Below are positions 34,315 through 45,193 of a stretch of DNA of 64,000 nucleotides, one piece after another (the first letter of the stretch is position 1; each line of letters starts with the position of its first letter). The notes below the pieces were generated by a model. The model saw nothing but the letters and a program-made list of their open reading frames with translations. It did no database searches and was not told the DNA's origin. Source of the stretch: an uncultured Nitrososphaerales archaeon. GTDB taxonomy: Archaea > Thermoproteota > Nitrososphaeria > Nitrososphaerales > Nitrososphaeraceae. The translations under genes were made by a program, and so were the position numbers. Location: positions 256,001 through 320,000 of the forward strand of contig CAVOHZ010000003.1 in assembly GCA_963695855.1 (NCBI GenBank), given 5' to 3'.

Positions 34315-35877
34315 TCAAAGTGGCTCTGTATGAACAACTACTCTAGTCGCGTTTGTTTCTTTTATTATCCTTTCTTGAACACTTGTTGCTATTTCGTGAG
34401 CTTCCTGTAAAGATATCTTCGAGGTTTTGGAAAATTTAATGAGTATAGTTAGCGTGACGTGTTGATTTCCGTTCATATCTACTATACCTACATCTTTGCA
34501 ATCTACTACGCCTTGTACTTCAAGACATAATTTTTTTATTTTCTCTATATAAGATTCAGCAACCCTTTTTTCAACTCCCATAGTTTTAATGTCTTCACTA
34601 GTATCAATTTCTATGTGCGATGTGATATTTTCAATTTCTTGTATTTCCTTCTTCACCATTTTTTCAAAAGACTCAACGATATCGTGTGCAGTTTTGAGAT
34701 CAAGACGGTTATCAACCTGAACATCCAGATACAAGTGAAGTGATGATTTAGTTGTTTTATTTGGCGTTTCTACGTGAGACTTGTTTGACGCATCATCATT
34801 ATAGTCAGAAGTGCCACTATTTTTTTTAACTTCACCTGAATCTCTTGAGAGTTTGGATAAGTATATTGAATGAATATTCTTAATTCCTTCAGTCTCGGCT
34901 GCAATCAATCTTATCCTGTCAGAAATTGTTTCAGACTCTGATTCTGTAGCATCTACATGAACGAGAACATCTGCATTTGGGATAGCCTGTCTAATCTTTT
35001 GTTCCACGTTTGTAGCTATCTTATGTGCTTTATCATGGGTACTAATCCTTGGAACTTCTATATGTAGGTCAATAAACATAGTTGAGCCTACACTTCGTAT
35101 CCGTAAATCATGTGCCATATTAACACCCTCTAGTCCAGAAATAGATTCCATGACAACGTGATTGAATCCTTTTGGCGCTTTATCTAAAAGAACATCAAGA
35201 GTTCGCTTTCCTAGTCCAAGTGAGGTATACAATATCATTCCAGCAATAATTATTGCAGCATAGGCATCAGCATTTGGGATATGTAAAAATAATACACTTG
35301 CTAATCCTACAATAATTATGGCAGATGAGATCATGTCTGCTTTAAAATGTAGGGCATCAGCTTCTATTGCTTGACTACCATATTTTCTCGCTACTCGGAA
35401 TAATGCCCTTGATCTGCCATAATCTACTGCTATGGAGATAAGCATTATTAAGAAGGAAAAAATTGTAATTTCTGGTTCTATATTCGTGAAGAATGCCCTC
35501 TCTATTCCTTCGTAGAATATCCAGCCAGCTACAAGTAATAGAAGCAGGATTTCAGTCAAACTGGAAATACTCTCGATTTTAGCATAACCGTACGTAAACT
35601 TTAGATCTGGTGGTTTGATCACTGCTCTAATTGCATATAGAGTCATGAACGCAGCAAAGACATCCAATCCCGAATGCAGTGCTTCGGATAGTATTCCAAG
35701 ACTGTTTGTGGAAAAGCCGATAACGAATTTTATAATTGCTAAACAAGAAGAAGCTATTATAGAAGTAATTACTATACGATTTTTTTCCCTATAAGATTGT
35801 TCTCGTTTCTTATTTTTAATATAATAATCTTGTTGTTTCTTATCTTCATTGGTGCCTCCAAGATTATTATCAGTCAC
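34315..35877 (-). CDS. Cation diffusion facilitator with three cytosolic C-terminal domains
   Basis: EALHSGLD, YGYAKIE, ADALHFKAD, and three repeats of the AH.IA...E......(V/S)H(V/I/T)(D/E) CTD pattern. Confidence 0.92.
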   Translation of the reverse strand: MTDNNLGGTNEDKKQQDYYIKNKKREQSYREKNRIVITSIIASSCLAIIKFVIGFSTNSLGILSEALHSGLDVFAAFMTLYAIRAVIKPPDLKFTYGYAKIESISSLTEILLLLLVAGWIFYEGIERAFFTNIEPEITIFSFLIMLISIAVDYGRSRALFRVARKYGSQAIEADALHFKADMISSAIIIVGLASVLFLHIPNADAYAAIIIAGMILYTSLGLGKRTLDVLLDKAPKGFNHVVMESISGLEGVNMAHDLRIRSVGSTMFIDLHIEVPRISTHDKAHKIATNVEQKIRQAIPNADVLVHVDATESESETISDRIRLIAAETEGIKNIHSIYLSKLSRDSGEVKKNSGTSDYNDDASNKSHVETPNKTTKSSLHLYLDVQVDNRLDLKTAHDIVESFEKMVKKEIQEIENITSHIEIDTSEDIKTMGVEKRVAESYIEKIKKLCLEVQGVVDCKDVGIVDMNGNQHVTLTILIKFSKTSKISLQEAHEIATSVQERIIKETNATRVVVHTEPL

Positions 35878-36339
35878 AACTGAGTAAATAGCTATATCAA
35901 TTGTTATATATAGTAACCAAGGTTTGATAGTTGATATTATTTAATATTTTAGGGGGAAACATCTTTTAATTTGATTCTATTTAATTGTGTTTGTTAAGAA
36001 TTAGAATTTAGTAGTCATATCAGTTTAAGAATATTTTTTTGTTTTACCTATTTGTTAAATGATAAAAAAAGTAAATTGATCCTAAGCATTAGATATAAAC
36101 ATTAGAAGTGCTGATTGCCATTTTTGTCGCTGTATTAAGATCTGTTTAATGTGAATGCATACCACCTCAATAAAATAATACGCTAAAATTAACATATGTC
36201 CCTATTATAAAACCTAGTTATCAGATCGTCAAATAAAAAAATGATTATACGATATAGTGTCTAGTTGTGTGGATCATAATTCCTAAAATATTTAGCTAAC
36301 CCATTATAGTCATAATGCGTTATAATAGAAAGAAATACA

Positions 36340-36826
36340 AAGAATCTCTTGAAAACAGAGCAGAAATGCTACTTGCTTATTGTATTACTGACAACAGGAA
36401 TACAGAATTAGAAGATGGTAATGAAGATGAGAAGTTTGTATATCGAGATTCATTTACCTAGAAATTGGGTTATATGATAGCCTATTTTCATCTGCCGTAT
36501 AGACAGAATCTATTTGGAGTACGATCTCATCCTGCAAATACGGGATGATCAATCCCTGATATAGCAATATAAACAGACGAATAAACAGATTGAATGTCAA
36601 AATCAATGGAGGTATTAAAATATACGATGATGATTTTGTAATAGCAATTGATTCTACTGGAATGAACCAACCAACCGATGAGAATAGATACGTCAAAGAT
36701 GAAATATCAAGAAAGGATATCCAAAAATGTAGATATCATTTGACATAAAAAAAGAAGAGAATCCTATCGTTTCGAGCAACCAATGAATGGTTCATGATGG
36801 AAAGTACTATCTGAGCTCGTGGATGA
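36340..36826 (+). pseudogene. Decayed IS5-family transposase
   Basis: DDFVIAIDSTG, KKKRILS and VHDG/KVLSELVDE fragments across frames. Confidence 0.7.
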
Positions 36827-37673
36827 ACATGTTTGAAAAATGAAAATCGAGATCGTGCAAGCGAGTGAGAAAATTTGTTAAGTCATTAAATTCAAGCCCG
36901 TAATGTGTCTTTAATGCAGTATTAATTCTTTCATCTGAATGTACATTTATTGAAAGATCAGCTTTCAAAAACGCAGGAATATCATTTTCCGAATCTCCCA
37001 AGTATAGAATTTTTTCATTTTTATCGAAATTTAATATCTGTCTAATTTTATCTAAAGCCTTACCTTTGTCGAATTTAGTAGAGTATATATCAATAAAAGG
37101 GTGACTGGTATATGTCTTCACATTAATGTCGTTTAAATATAATGAATTATTCTTGATATATTCATTAATTCTGTTTAATATAATAGGTTCAATATTACTT
37201 TTATAATTTTGCCATTTTAACAGATGTCTATAGTCGAATGTTAGACCAGCTAGAACTTTTTCTTTATATGTATATTTCTTTTCAATCCTAATATCACTAA
37301 ATCTATCCATTATACGAACCGAAAGATCTTCGAGAATCGGAGAATTTGATAATAATTTTTCTTTATCGTAAATATAAAAACTTGTGTAGTCATCTAAAAA
37401 ATGACTAGTTGGATACTCGTTTTTTTTTAGATCACTTTTTTCTGAAAAAACAATTGTCTCTATTCCAAGAATACAAGAGATAATTTTAGCAAAAGTACAG
37501 CTAGTTACTAATAAATCAAAAGATTTACTTGAAAGAATGCAAACAGGAATTTTGCTTGAAATTTTTAAGAGGATCGAATAAAGGTCTTCAGGTATAGGAT
37601 TAACTTTTGAATAAATTGAACTAGTAGGGCAGATAGTTCCATCGTAATCTGAAATGATAGCAGATATCTTCAA
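36807..37673 (-). CDS. HAD-IIB family phosphatase (trehalose-phosphatase/MPGP-like)
   Basis: DYDGT motif I, ILSS motif II, DKG motif III, GDSEND motif IV. Confidence 0.85.
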   Translation of the reverse strand: MKISAIISDYDGTICPTSSIYSKVNPIPEDLYSILLKISSKIPVCILSSKSFDLLVTSCTFAKIISCILGIETIVFSEKSDLKKNEYPTSHFLDDYTSFYIYDKEKLLSNSPILEDLSVRIMDRFSDIRIEKKYTYKEKVLAGLTFDYRHLLKWQNYKSNIEPIILNRINEYIKNNSLYLNDINVKTYTSHPFIDIYSTKFDKGKALDKIRQILNFDKNEKILYLGDSENDIPAFLKADLSINVHSDERINTALKTHYGLEFNDLTNFLTRLHDLDFHFSNMFIHELR

Positions 37674-38690
37674 CTATATTATTATTAGAAACTAGAGATA
37701 TTTATTTCTCTAAACTCTTAAATACAAAGATATCACAAAAATCTATTTTTTTTAATAGGAAGAAATTTCAAGTCATAAACTTACGATTGTACTTGATTTA
37801 ATTTCCAAATTCGCTTAGAGGCTATCTCGAAATTGATAGCAATATGACTATTTGGTTCCTTTATTACCAGAGTAATAATTGAATAACAATAATCAGCGAA
37901 GACATTATTTTACAACAATGAAACACATTCTAGATCATCTGAGTAATGCGATTAGAAAAATTTACCAAATACATGCATATAACAGGATTAGATAATCGAG
38001 AACTTTTAAAAAGGATCGTATATAATTAGCTAGTAAAAAAAGATTGTAGTACTAAAAGCAAATGTGATGGTAAAATTTTCTTTCAACGAGTTGGTTAACG
38101 TGTAGTTAGATATGATATTTGATAACTAAAATATATTTTACCAACCCCATCATATGCAGGTATATTTTATGCTCGTTTTAAACAGATCTATAGTTATTTT
38201 TTGACAAAAATGAGTTTTCTTACCTTTTTACTAACAATTAAAATTATACATTTTATGTCGAAGTTAGAATATTTTTTAAAACTACTTTTGCGCCTACATA
38301 AGAACGACTATAAACTTAATAATTGGAATTCCTTGAGTTTTGATGATTACACTCGTTACGGGTTCAACAATTCTTTTCTTTACTAGTGCTAAAACACAAG
38401 CACAGTTGGACGACTGCGATTCTTCATATCCAGATATGTATATGCTATATACATCACCACACTTGAATTGTGATGATACTTCAGATAAAATTTTATAATT
38501 TTGTTCCCAGATCCGCACGGGAAACCAATCTTTTAATCTATCTAAACGATTCGGTCATATTTATAAAAGGTCTAGCGTAAAAAAGCAATTCTAGGTAATC
38601 TATTCGTCTTGGCATCAAGATTTGATCTAATTGCTATTTTTTTTAAACGAATCAAAAAAAAATAAAGTATTTCGTGTTCTCACAAAAACA

Positions 38691-39013
38691 TTATTGTCTT
38701 TGTTTCTGTATTTTATTCTGTACATCTTCATATCTTTTTAAAGCAACAATTTTTACGGTATTAAAAGATGTAATTCCTGCATCTATACATAGACTCTCTA
38801 TATCATGAGCACTTTCTGCTTCGCAAATTATCATCCATTCATGCTCGAGTACTGACATGTAAAAAGATTCTATCTCTTTTACTCCATACTTTGACTTGTT
38901 TTTTTTGCCAGTTTATCTTTGATTTCAAGAAATAGCCTTTTATTTTCCAAATTGTTGATAGAGCCGCATTCGGGACTATGTATCGCGAAGGCACCGAATA
39001 GACTTTGGTCCAT
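38691..39013 (-). pseudogene. Small protein (about 107 aa, HSPE motif) frameshifted at an A8 run; not in ORF track
   Basis: Adding one A at 38899-38906 gives MDQSLFGAFAIHSPECGSINNLENKRLFLEIKDKLAKKNKSKYGVKEIESFYMSVLEHEWMIICEAESAHDIESLCIDAGITSFNTVKIVALKRYEDVQNKIQKQRQ*. Confidence 0.7.
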
Positions 39014-39810
39014 TGTAATAATTTTTACGAATTTGAGATATTAACTATATGATCAGTAATTGCATTACTGCGTATGGAATCAATTTTTTCTAATGATTAT
39101 AAATATATATTTGGCCGAAGAGAACCATGAATATCCCAAGAAAAACTGTATATGGAAAGTGCCCAAAATGTAGGGCTAAAAGTCAACTCGAGATCACTTC
39201 AAATAATCCCGGAAAGGAGAAGTTTAAATGCAATATTTGTTTTCAGGTCTTTGGAATGGATGACCTTTGAGTTTTGAAAAAGATCATGTCATTATCCGTA
39301 TAAATCTTGAATAATGAATAATACTGAAAACAAAGTTTGAAGTATAATATCTATAAACAAATATTTATATATGTCTAAATCTTTTTTGCAAAAAAATAAA
39401 ATGCTTTTGATTTTATTCTTTATAAATTATTAGTAAATAGTTACCATCTTTACAAAAAATAATTTGTATAGTTTACATATTGTTCTCTTATAAAAATTTG
39501 AAATGGGTTTCAATTAGAAACATATCCCGAAAAAATATAATAAATAAAAAAATTAATTGACTTGGATTTCATTATGATTTATTGTAAAATATATAATAAA
39601 TCTATAAATAAATCTATTGAGCCAAAAACAATCTGATTAAATTTCAAGATTCGAAAAAAAAATAAATCAAAATCTCTATCCTATCCTGTACACAGATTAT
39701 TTAATTAATACCTTTCATTGAAAGTTATACGATAAGAAAGTAGGATAAGATTCACCAATAATACTTTTGAAATAAATTTAAATCCTAAATGATCTAAAAA
39801 AATTTTAGTT

Positions 39811-40497
39811 ATGAATAATAAATCTTTTGTGATGATTTATGGTTTACTCTTAGTCAGTATACTTTCTTTTCCTAATGTCTTTGCGCAAATTAATGCTAAT
39901 TTTACAGTTAATAACGAGATTCCCCAACCTCCAGTTCTTAAACCTAAAGTAGATGTTTCGATAGACGGAACCTCTGCTGATGATAAAATTCGAGGAGGGG
40001 AAGGAGATGATAAAATATCTGGTAAAAAGGGTGATGACATATTAAGCGGACATGAAGGAAATGATGAGCTTGATGGAGGATCTGGAGATGATCAGCTTGA
40101 TGGAGGATCTGGAGATGATCAGATTGATGGAGGATCTGGAGATGATCAGCTTGATGGAGGCGTAGGGGTTGATGAACTAAAGGGAGGAAAAGGAGAAGAC
40201 CTCTTTATTTGTGATGAACAAGATATAGTAATTGATTTTAATTCTTTAGAAAATGATGAAAAACAAGGTAATTGTGAAATTATTGATAGAGCATTAGCGG
40301 AAAAACCCCCATTTTCAGGATTTGAAAATAATGAAAGAGAGGGTTTCAATGATGGTTTCAATGATGGTTTCAATGATGGTTTCAATGATGGTTTCAATGA
40401 TGGTTTCAATGATGGTTTCAATGATGATTTCAATGATGGTTTCAATGGTGATCAGTACAATCCTTATCACGGAAATCCTTATGACCGCTTATATTGA
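39811..40497 (+). CDS. Secreted RTX/hemolysin-type Ca-binding repeat protein with (GFND)n tail
   Basis: Signal peptide, GGxGxDxUx nonapeptides, DLFICD motif, C-terminal GFND repeats. Confidence 0.9.
   Translation: MNNKSFVMIYGLLLVSILSFPNVFAQINANFTVNNEIPQPPVLKPKVDVSIDGTSADDKIRGGEGDDKISGKKGDDILSGHEGNDELDGGSGDDQLDGGSGDDQIDGGSGDDQLDGGVGVDELKGGKGEDLFICDEQDIVIDFNSLENDEKQGNCEIIDRALAEKPPFSGFENNEREGFNDGFNDGFNDGFNDGFNDGFNDGFNDDFNDGFNGDQYNPYHGNPYDRLY
40342..40446. repeat. 12-bp tandem repeat, about 9 copies (ggtttcaatgat)
   Basis: Directly visible; one copy carries a G>A change (DFND). Confidence 0.93.
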
Positions 40498-40680
40498 GAT
40501 TATGATGTGGAAATAGCTTTTATTTGAAAGTAATTTGAAGAAACTAAAAAAGACATATATAATATTTCATAGAGAAAATGATTAAAATTTCATCATTAAA
40601 GTTTTAATCATTAGGCCATTTTCTTAATAAAAATATACTCAAAATATAAATTAGAAGAATATGAAGGAAAATTATTAGAT

Positions 40681-41472
40681 TTGAATAAAATTTTATTTAT
40701 TTTTGTATTAGGTGTATTAATTTCGATGATATTTTCCTTAAATTTTGGCAATGCGCAAACAAATGCAACTACACTTGTAGAAAACCAGGCTGAGGATGTT
40801 AATAATTCATATATATCCACTCCAAAAATAGATGTTTTCATTGAAGGAACATCTGTTAATGATAATCTCAAAGGAGGATCAGGCAATGATGGCATATCCG
40901 GAGAAACTGGAGATGACAAACTTCTAGGAAATAATGGAGATGACGATATTGATGGTGGAGAAGGAGATGACATACTCGATGGTGGACCGGGTAAAGATAA
41001 ACTAAGAGGTGGAGCAGGGTATGATCTTTTCATCTGTGATAAAGACGATCAGCCTATAGATTTTGATTCAGACGACAAAAAACAAGGCCCCTGTAAGGCG
41101 ATAAAGAAAGATGATGACAACGATGACAAGAAGAAGAAGAAAGATGATGACAACGATGACAAGAAGAAGAAGAAAGATGATGACAACGATGACAAGAAGA
41201 AGAAGAAAGATGATGACAACGATGACAAGAAGAAGAAGAAAGATGATGACAACGATGACAAGAAGAAGAAGAAAGATGATGACAACGATGACAAGAAGAA
41301 GAAGAAAGATGATGACAACGATGACAAGAAGAAGAAGAAAGATGATGGCGAGATGGCGGAGATGGCGGAGATGGCGGAGATGGCGGAGATGGCGGAGATG
41401 GCGGAGATGGCGGAGATGGCGGAGATGGCGGAGATGGCGGAGATGGCGGAGATGATTAATATTTTTTCTTAA
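40681..41472 (+). CDS. Secreted RTX-type Ca-binding repeat protein (paralog) with D/K block repeats
   Basis: Signal peptide, PKIDVFIEGT, GGxGxD nonapeptides, DLFICD, then (DDDNDDKKKKK)7 and a 9-bp repeat tail. Confidence 0.88.
   Translation: MNKILFIFVLGVLISMIFSLNFGNAQTNATTLVENQAEDVNNSYISTPKIDVFIEGTSVNDNLKGGSGNDGISGETGDDKLLGNNGDDDIDGGEGDDILDGGPGKDKLRGGAGYDLFICDKDDQPIDFDSDDKKQGPCKAIKKDDDNDDKKKKKDDDNDDKKKKKDDDNDDKKKKKDDDNDDKKKKKDDDNDDKKKKKDDDNDDKKKKKDDDNDDKKKKKDDGEMAEMAEMAEMAEMAEMAEMAEMAEMAEMAEMAEMINIFS
41110..41454. repeat. 33-bp repeat x7 (41110-41340) followed by 9-bp repeat x11 (gagatggcg, from 41350)
   Basis: Counted directly. Confidence 0.95.
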
Positions 41473-41738
41473 AAATAAAGTATTTTTTACGACGTACAAT
41501 GTGTAATTAAAAATAATAATTAGCGTATGTCATTTAATTTTCAGACATTATGACTCATCTTCTTTAATTTAATTTAAATTCATGAATAAATTGTTGTTTT
41601 TATGTACTGTTAAATATGTCTATAACTTGAGTACTGCTTAAAAGTATTAGACAAAACAAGAAATTATTGTATCTAAAAATAAAAAAGTTCTCATATTCTT
41701 GCATCCAATACTCAAATGGGTTCAAATCTGCAACAGTA

Positions 41739-41945
41739 TCATATCTTTTGCCATAACAAAATATCTATATCTTCACCACTAGTAATAATGTCATTGCCAA
41801 CTATTGCCTGGATGAGCTTATTATTCATAATTTCATTAAATTGATTTGAACTGTATGTTCCTTGATATATGTTCCCAGAAGCTATTTCCATTAAATTAAC
41901 AATACCAGCCAACGATATTGATGAAATTATCAATATTATACCCAT
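41739..41945 (-). pseudogene. Probable decayed secreted RTX-like gene fragment
   Basis: Signal-like N-terminus, then YQGT...GNDIITSGEDIDIL resembling eroded nonapeptides. Confidence 0.45.
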
Positions 41946-43145
41946 ATATTTTAAAAAAAATTTTTTATCGATATTATATAACTAAAAGGATTAATAATAT
42001 TTCGAAACATCAATACGTACTTAAAATCTGAAAAATTTAACGGATTTTCTTTCTGAATTAAAAACAGAAAATAATTTTGTATAAGTCAGTTCTAATGTAA
42101 AATTTGAAGATATGTACTAATATGTAGTAAGTAATTGGACAACCACATTTTTAAATATTAGTATAAATTTTCAAAACCATTTCCGACTTAATAGACAGGA
42201 ATTCCGAATATAAAATCTAGAAAAGAGACCGAAAAGATTTCCAATTTAATTAATGTATGACTAAAATTTTCATTGTCAAAATATCCCCTCATTCAATTTA
42301 TACTTTTATACATATTATAACCGCCAAATTCGGCAAGTTATATGAGATGATCAAAAATCATTCCGATAAATAAGTAAAGAGCAAATCCTAACGAGATCAA
42401 GGAAAAACCAAAAGGAATTATCTTATTTTTAAATAAAGAATAGTTAAATCTTTTTAATTTATCTGTAGTCTTTGTCTGCACATAAAAATATAGCTCTTTA
42501 AACTCTTTTTCTTTTCGAATATATTTTTAAGAACACTCTTAGAATAAAATTTTAGATTAAAATCTAGCAAGTGATAGCAGTTGTTTTTACACACCTAGAA
42601 TAAAATATATTTTTCCTTAGAAATGAAATGTTATTGGGTTTAGGATGGAATTTGAATATAATATGTTAATTTAACATATGATGAAAAAATCCTGACTAAC
42701 AAAAATTCATTTACATATTCTTTTCAAAAAAAATGTTTATTAGAATTGAAAATGATATTTTCGATATTTATAGAATATAAGAAATTTAGCCGGTGCTGTT
42801 AAGTTAACAAAAGAACTAACTATATGTTAACAAGTCCAGTAAATCCAAATCAGACAGTAAGTTATGCTCTAACAGTAGTATGATGTATGTGGGAATGGAT
42901 CTACATAAGAACTACTTACAGATTGCAGTAATGGATGAGAAAAAAAAAGTAATCAGCAATAGCAAAATAGATAATGATATACAAAAGATACGGAGATTTT
43001 TTGACCAGATCAAGAATAAAAAGAAAGATGATGATGATAGGAACTACTACAATCATCATCAAAAGGTAGTAATGGAATCATCATGTGTATGGTATAACAT
43101 ATACGAATACTTGTCTGAAGAAAGAAATCTTGATGTAATACTACC

Positions 43146-44198
43146 TGTTGTACTTACTAACATAGGTTACAATTTCATTTACTGACATGGGTAACACTTT
43201 CTAGTTCTGCTAGGAAGTGTATAAAAAATAGAAATACAAACAAGATATAATTTAATTCATGAAAAAGAATGGACTGGAGATACGGTAACTGATATTTGTA
43301 CTAGATATCAAATATCCAGAAAGATATACTACAAGTGGAGGAACAGGTACCTAAAGTATGGAATAAATGGTCTACATGATAGAAGTAGAAAACCACACAA
43401 TATACAACCTGCAAAAATAACAAAAGAGATAGAAGAAGAAATATTGGATTTACGTATAACAAAAAGATTTGGATGTAACCGGATCAGATTCAGGTTAAAA
43501 AGACTAGAGGAGATGTCACTAAGTACAAGAATCATATACAAGATATTGAAAAGACATGGTCTGAATATCCTGGAATGCAAGATAAGGAATAAAAGAAAAT
43601 GGAATAGGTTTGCAATGAAAAAACCCAATCAAATGGTACAGATGGATATTTTAGGTCCTTTTTATCTAGAAAATTGTGCTCAAAAGAACTATTTTATCAG
43701 TTGTGAAGATGATTGTTCAAGAAAGGTATCAAGTGACTGGTCTGAAAGAAAAAGAAGCATAGATGTATTGCATGTACTAGAAGACTATATTGTAGAGAAT
43801 GGGAAACCAGAAAAGGTAATGCATGATAATGGTAAACAGTTTACATCCAGAATATTTAGACGTTTTCTACAACGTAATAACATTAAAGATAAATCCATAC
43901 CTGCCAGATATCCGCAACTACAGGGAAAGATAGAAGCATATAACAAGATAGTAAAAAACGAATTTTTAGCAGTAGAAAATATTCCTAATGTAGAAGATGG
44001 AAAGAGAATGTATTCCATGTTTGTAAAAGCATACAATGAAGAAAGAGAACATGGTGGCATCAATGGTCACACACCATCTGAAATGTTTCTTAGGAAAGGA
44101 AGATTAAATAATCATAATGGTAACAAGAAAATCAAGCAGCTAAAAAGTGTTACCCATGTTGGTAAGTGAATCTGTTACCGATCTATGTAAGTACAACA
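43146..44198 (+). mobile_element. IS481-family element
   Basis: Terminal IRs TGTTGTACTTAC / GTAAGTACAACA, 6-bp target duplication ACTACC/ACTATC, and repeated subterminal motifs (TACTGACATGGGTAACACT / AGTGTTACCCATGTTGGTA). Confidence 0.93.
43217..44169 (+). CDS. IS481-family DDE transposase (HTH + rve integrase core); start is out of frame by one base in an A-run
   Basis: HTH (ICTRYQISRKIYYKWRNRY) lies in frame upstream of the listed 43444 start. Core motifs QMDI, DDCSR, HDNGKQF, QGKIE, YNEEREHGGING.TPSE. Confidence 0.88.
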
Positions 44199-45075
44199 AC
44201 TATCAAATCCAATTAAAACAAGAGCAATTGCATCAGCAAAAATAAAGACAGACAAAATAGATGCAGTAAAACTGGCAGGTTTACTGAGAGGAGGATTCAT
44301 ATCAGAATGTTATGTATCTAAAAAAACTATGGAAGTACGTGAGATGATAAGACATAGGATTGCATTAGTAAGAATGAGAACCAGATTGAAGAACAAGATC
44401 CATGGGATAATGCTTATGAAAGGAATGTGAATTAATAGTAACAATAATAGTACTGCTCGCTTCATAATAGAGTATATCAATAAACTACAAGCATTGAACG
44501 ATTATAGAATTGATGCTTACATTCATCTGATAGACTCATTTGATTATGAGATTAAACATGTATCCAAGCAGATTGCTGTATATGCAAAAGAAAAGAAGAT
44601 ATTGCAAGATTATTGTTGGTGACAGTACCTGGTATCGGATACTATTCTGCTCTTCTTCTTCTAATAAGTGAAATTGGCGATATTAACAGATTTACAGATT
44701 CAAACCATCTTTGTTCTTATGCGGGATTGATACCATCAACTCATAGTTCTGGTGGAATAACATATCATGGTAAAATAAATAAAACAGGCAGTAAATATTT
44801 GAGATGGATAATGGTTGAATGTGTAGGTTCTCATATCAGAACTCAACCTGACAGTAACATAACAAAATTCTATTATAGACTGGCAAAAAAGAAGGGAAGT
44901 GCTAAAGCAACAGTTGCAGCATCATCCAAAATGTTAAAGATAGTTTACTGGATAATGAAAGAGAAGAGAGAATATACATATACAAATAACAACAACAATA
45001 ACAATAACAATGATAAAATTGAAAAAAAGAATTAAAATTATTATTTTAGTTAAGGTGATAACAAATTATTATTAC

Positions 45076-45193
45076 AGCCACAAGACAGCTATTGAGGGAA
45101 AGCCTCGTCGATCTAACTGTGCTAACTCCTTAACAAATGGATAAAGAAGGTAATAATGAGGGAGAGCCTCGGATGGATAAGAAGTATCCGTTT
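45076..45193 (+). ncRNA. Candidate IS110/IS1111-type bridge RNA (two stem-internal loop-hairpin modules)
   Basis: Module 1 (45076-45123): agc-caca...GAGG-gaaag-CCTC...tgtg-ct. Module 2 (45135-45193): aaatggata...GAGG-gagag-CCTC...tatccgttt. Both lie in the long non-coding end downstream of the IS110 ORF. Confidence 0.65.

Larger units (their letters stand above)
42880..45035 (+). pseudogene. IS110-family recombinase/transposase, interrupted by IS481 and further decayed
   Basis: YVGMDLHK and VVMESS before the insertion; SNPIKTRAIASAKIKTDKIDA after it; C-terminal VPGIG, SYAGLIPSTHSSGG, GSKYLR. Internal TGA near 44428 and a frameshift near 44610. Confidence 0.92.

Noticed and set aside
40146-41499. 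ORFs with KPSL, VSMM, WRR, LRH and SSFFFFL repeats
   Set aside because: Alternative-frame or antisense readings of the tandem repeats in the two RTX genes.
41716-41735. ATGGGTTCAAATCTGC as a tRNA T-loop
   Set aside because: No pairing T-stem or acceptor stem.
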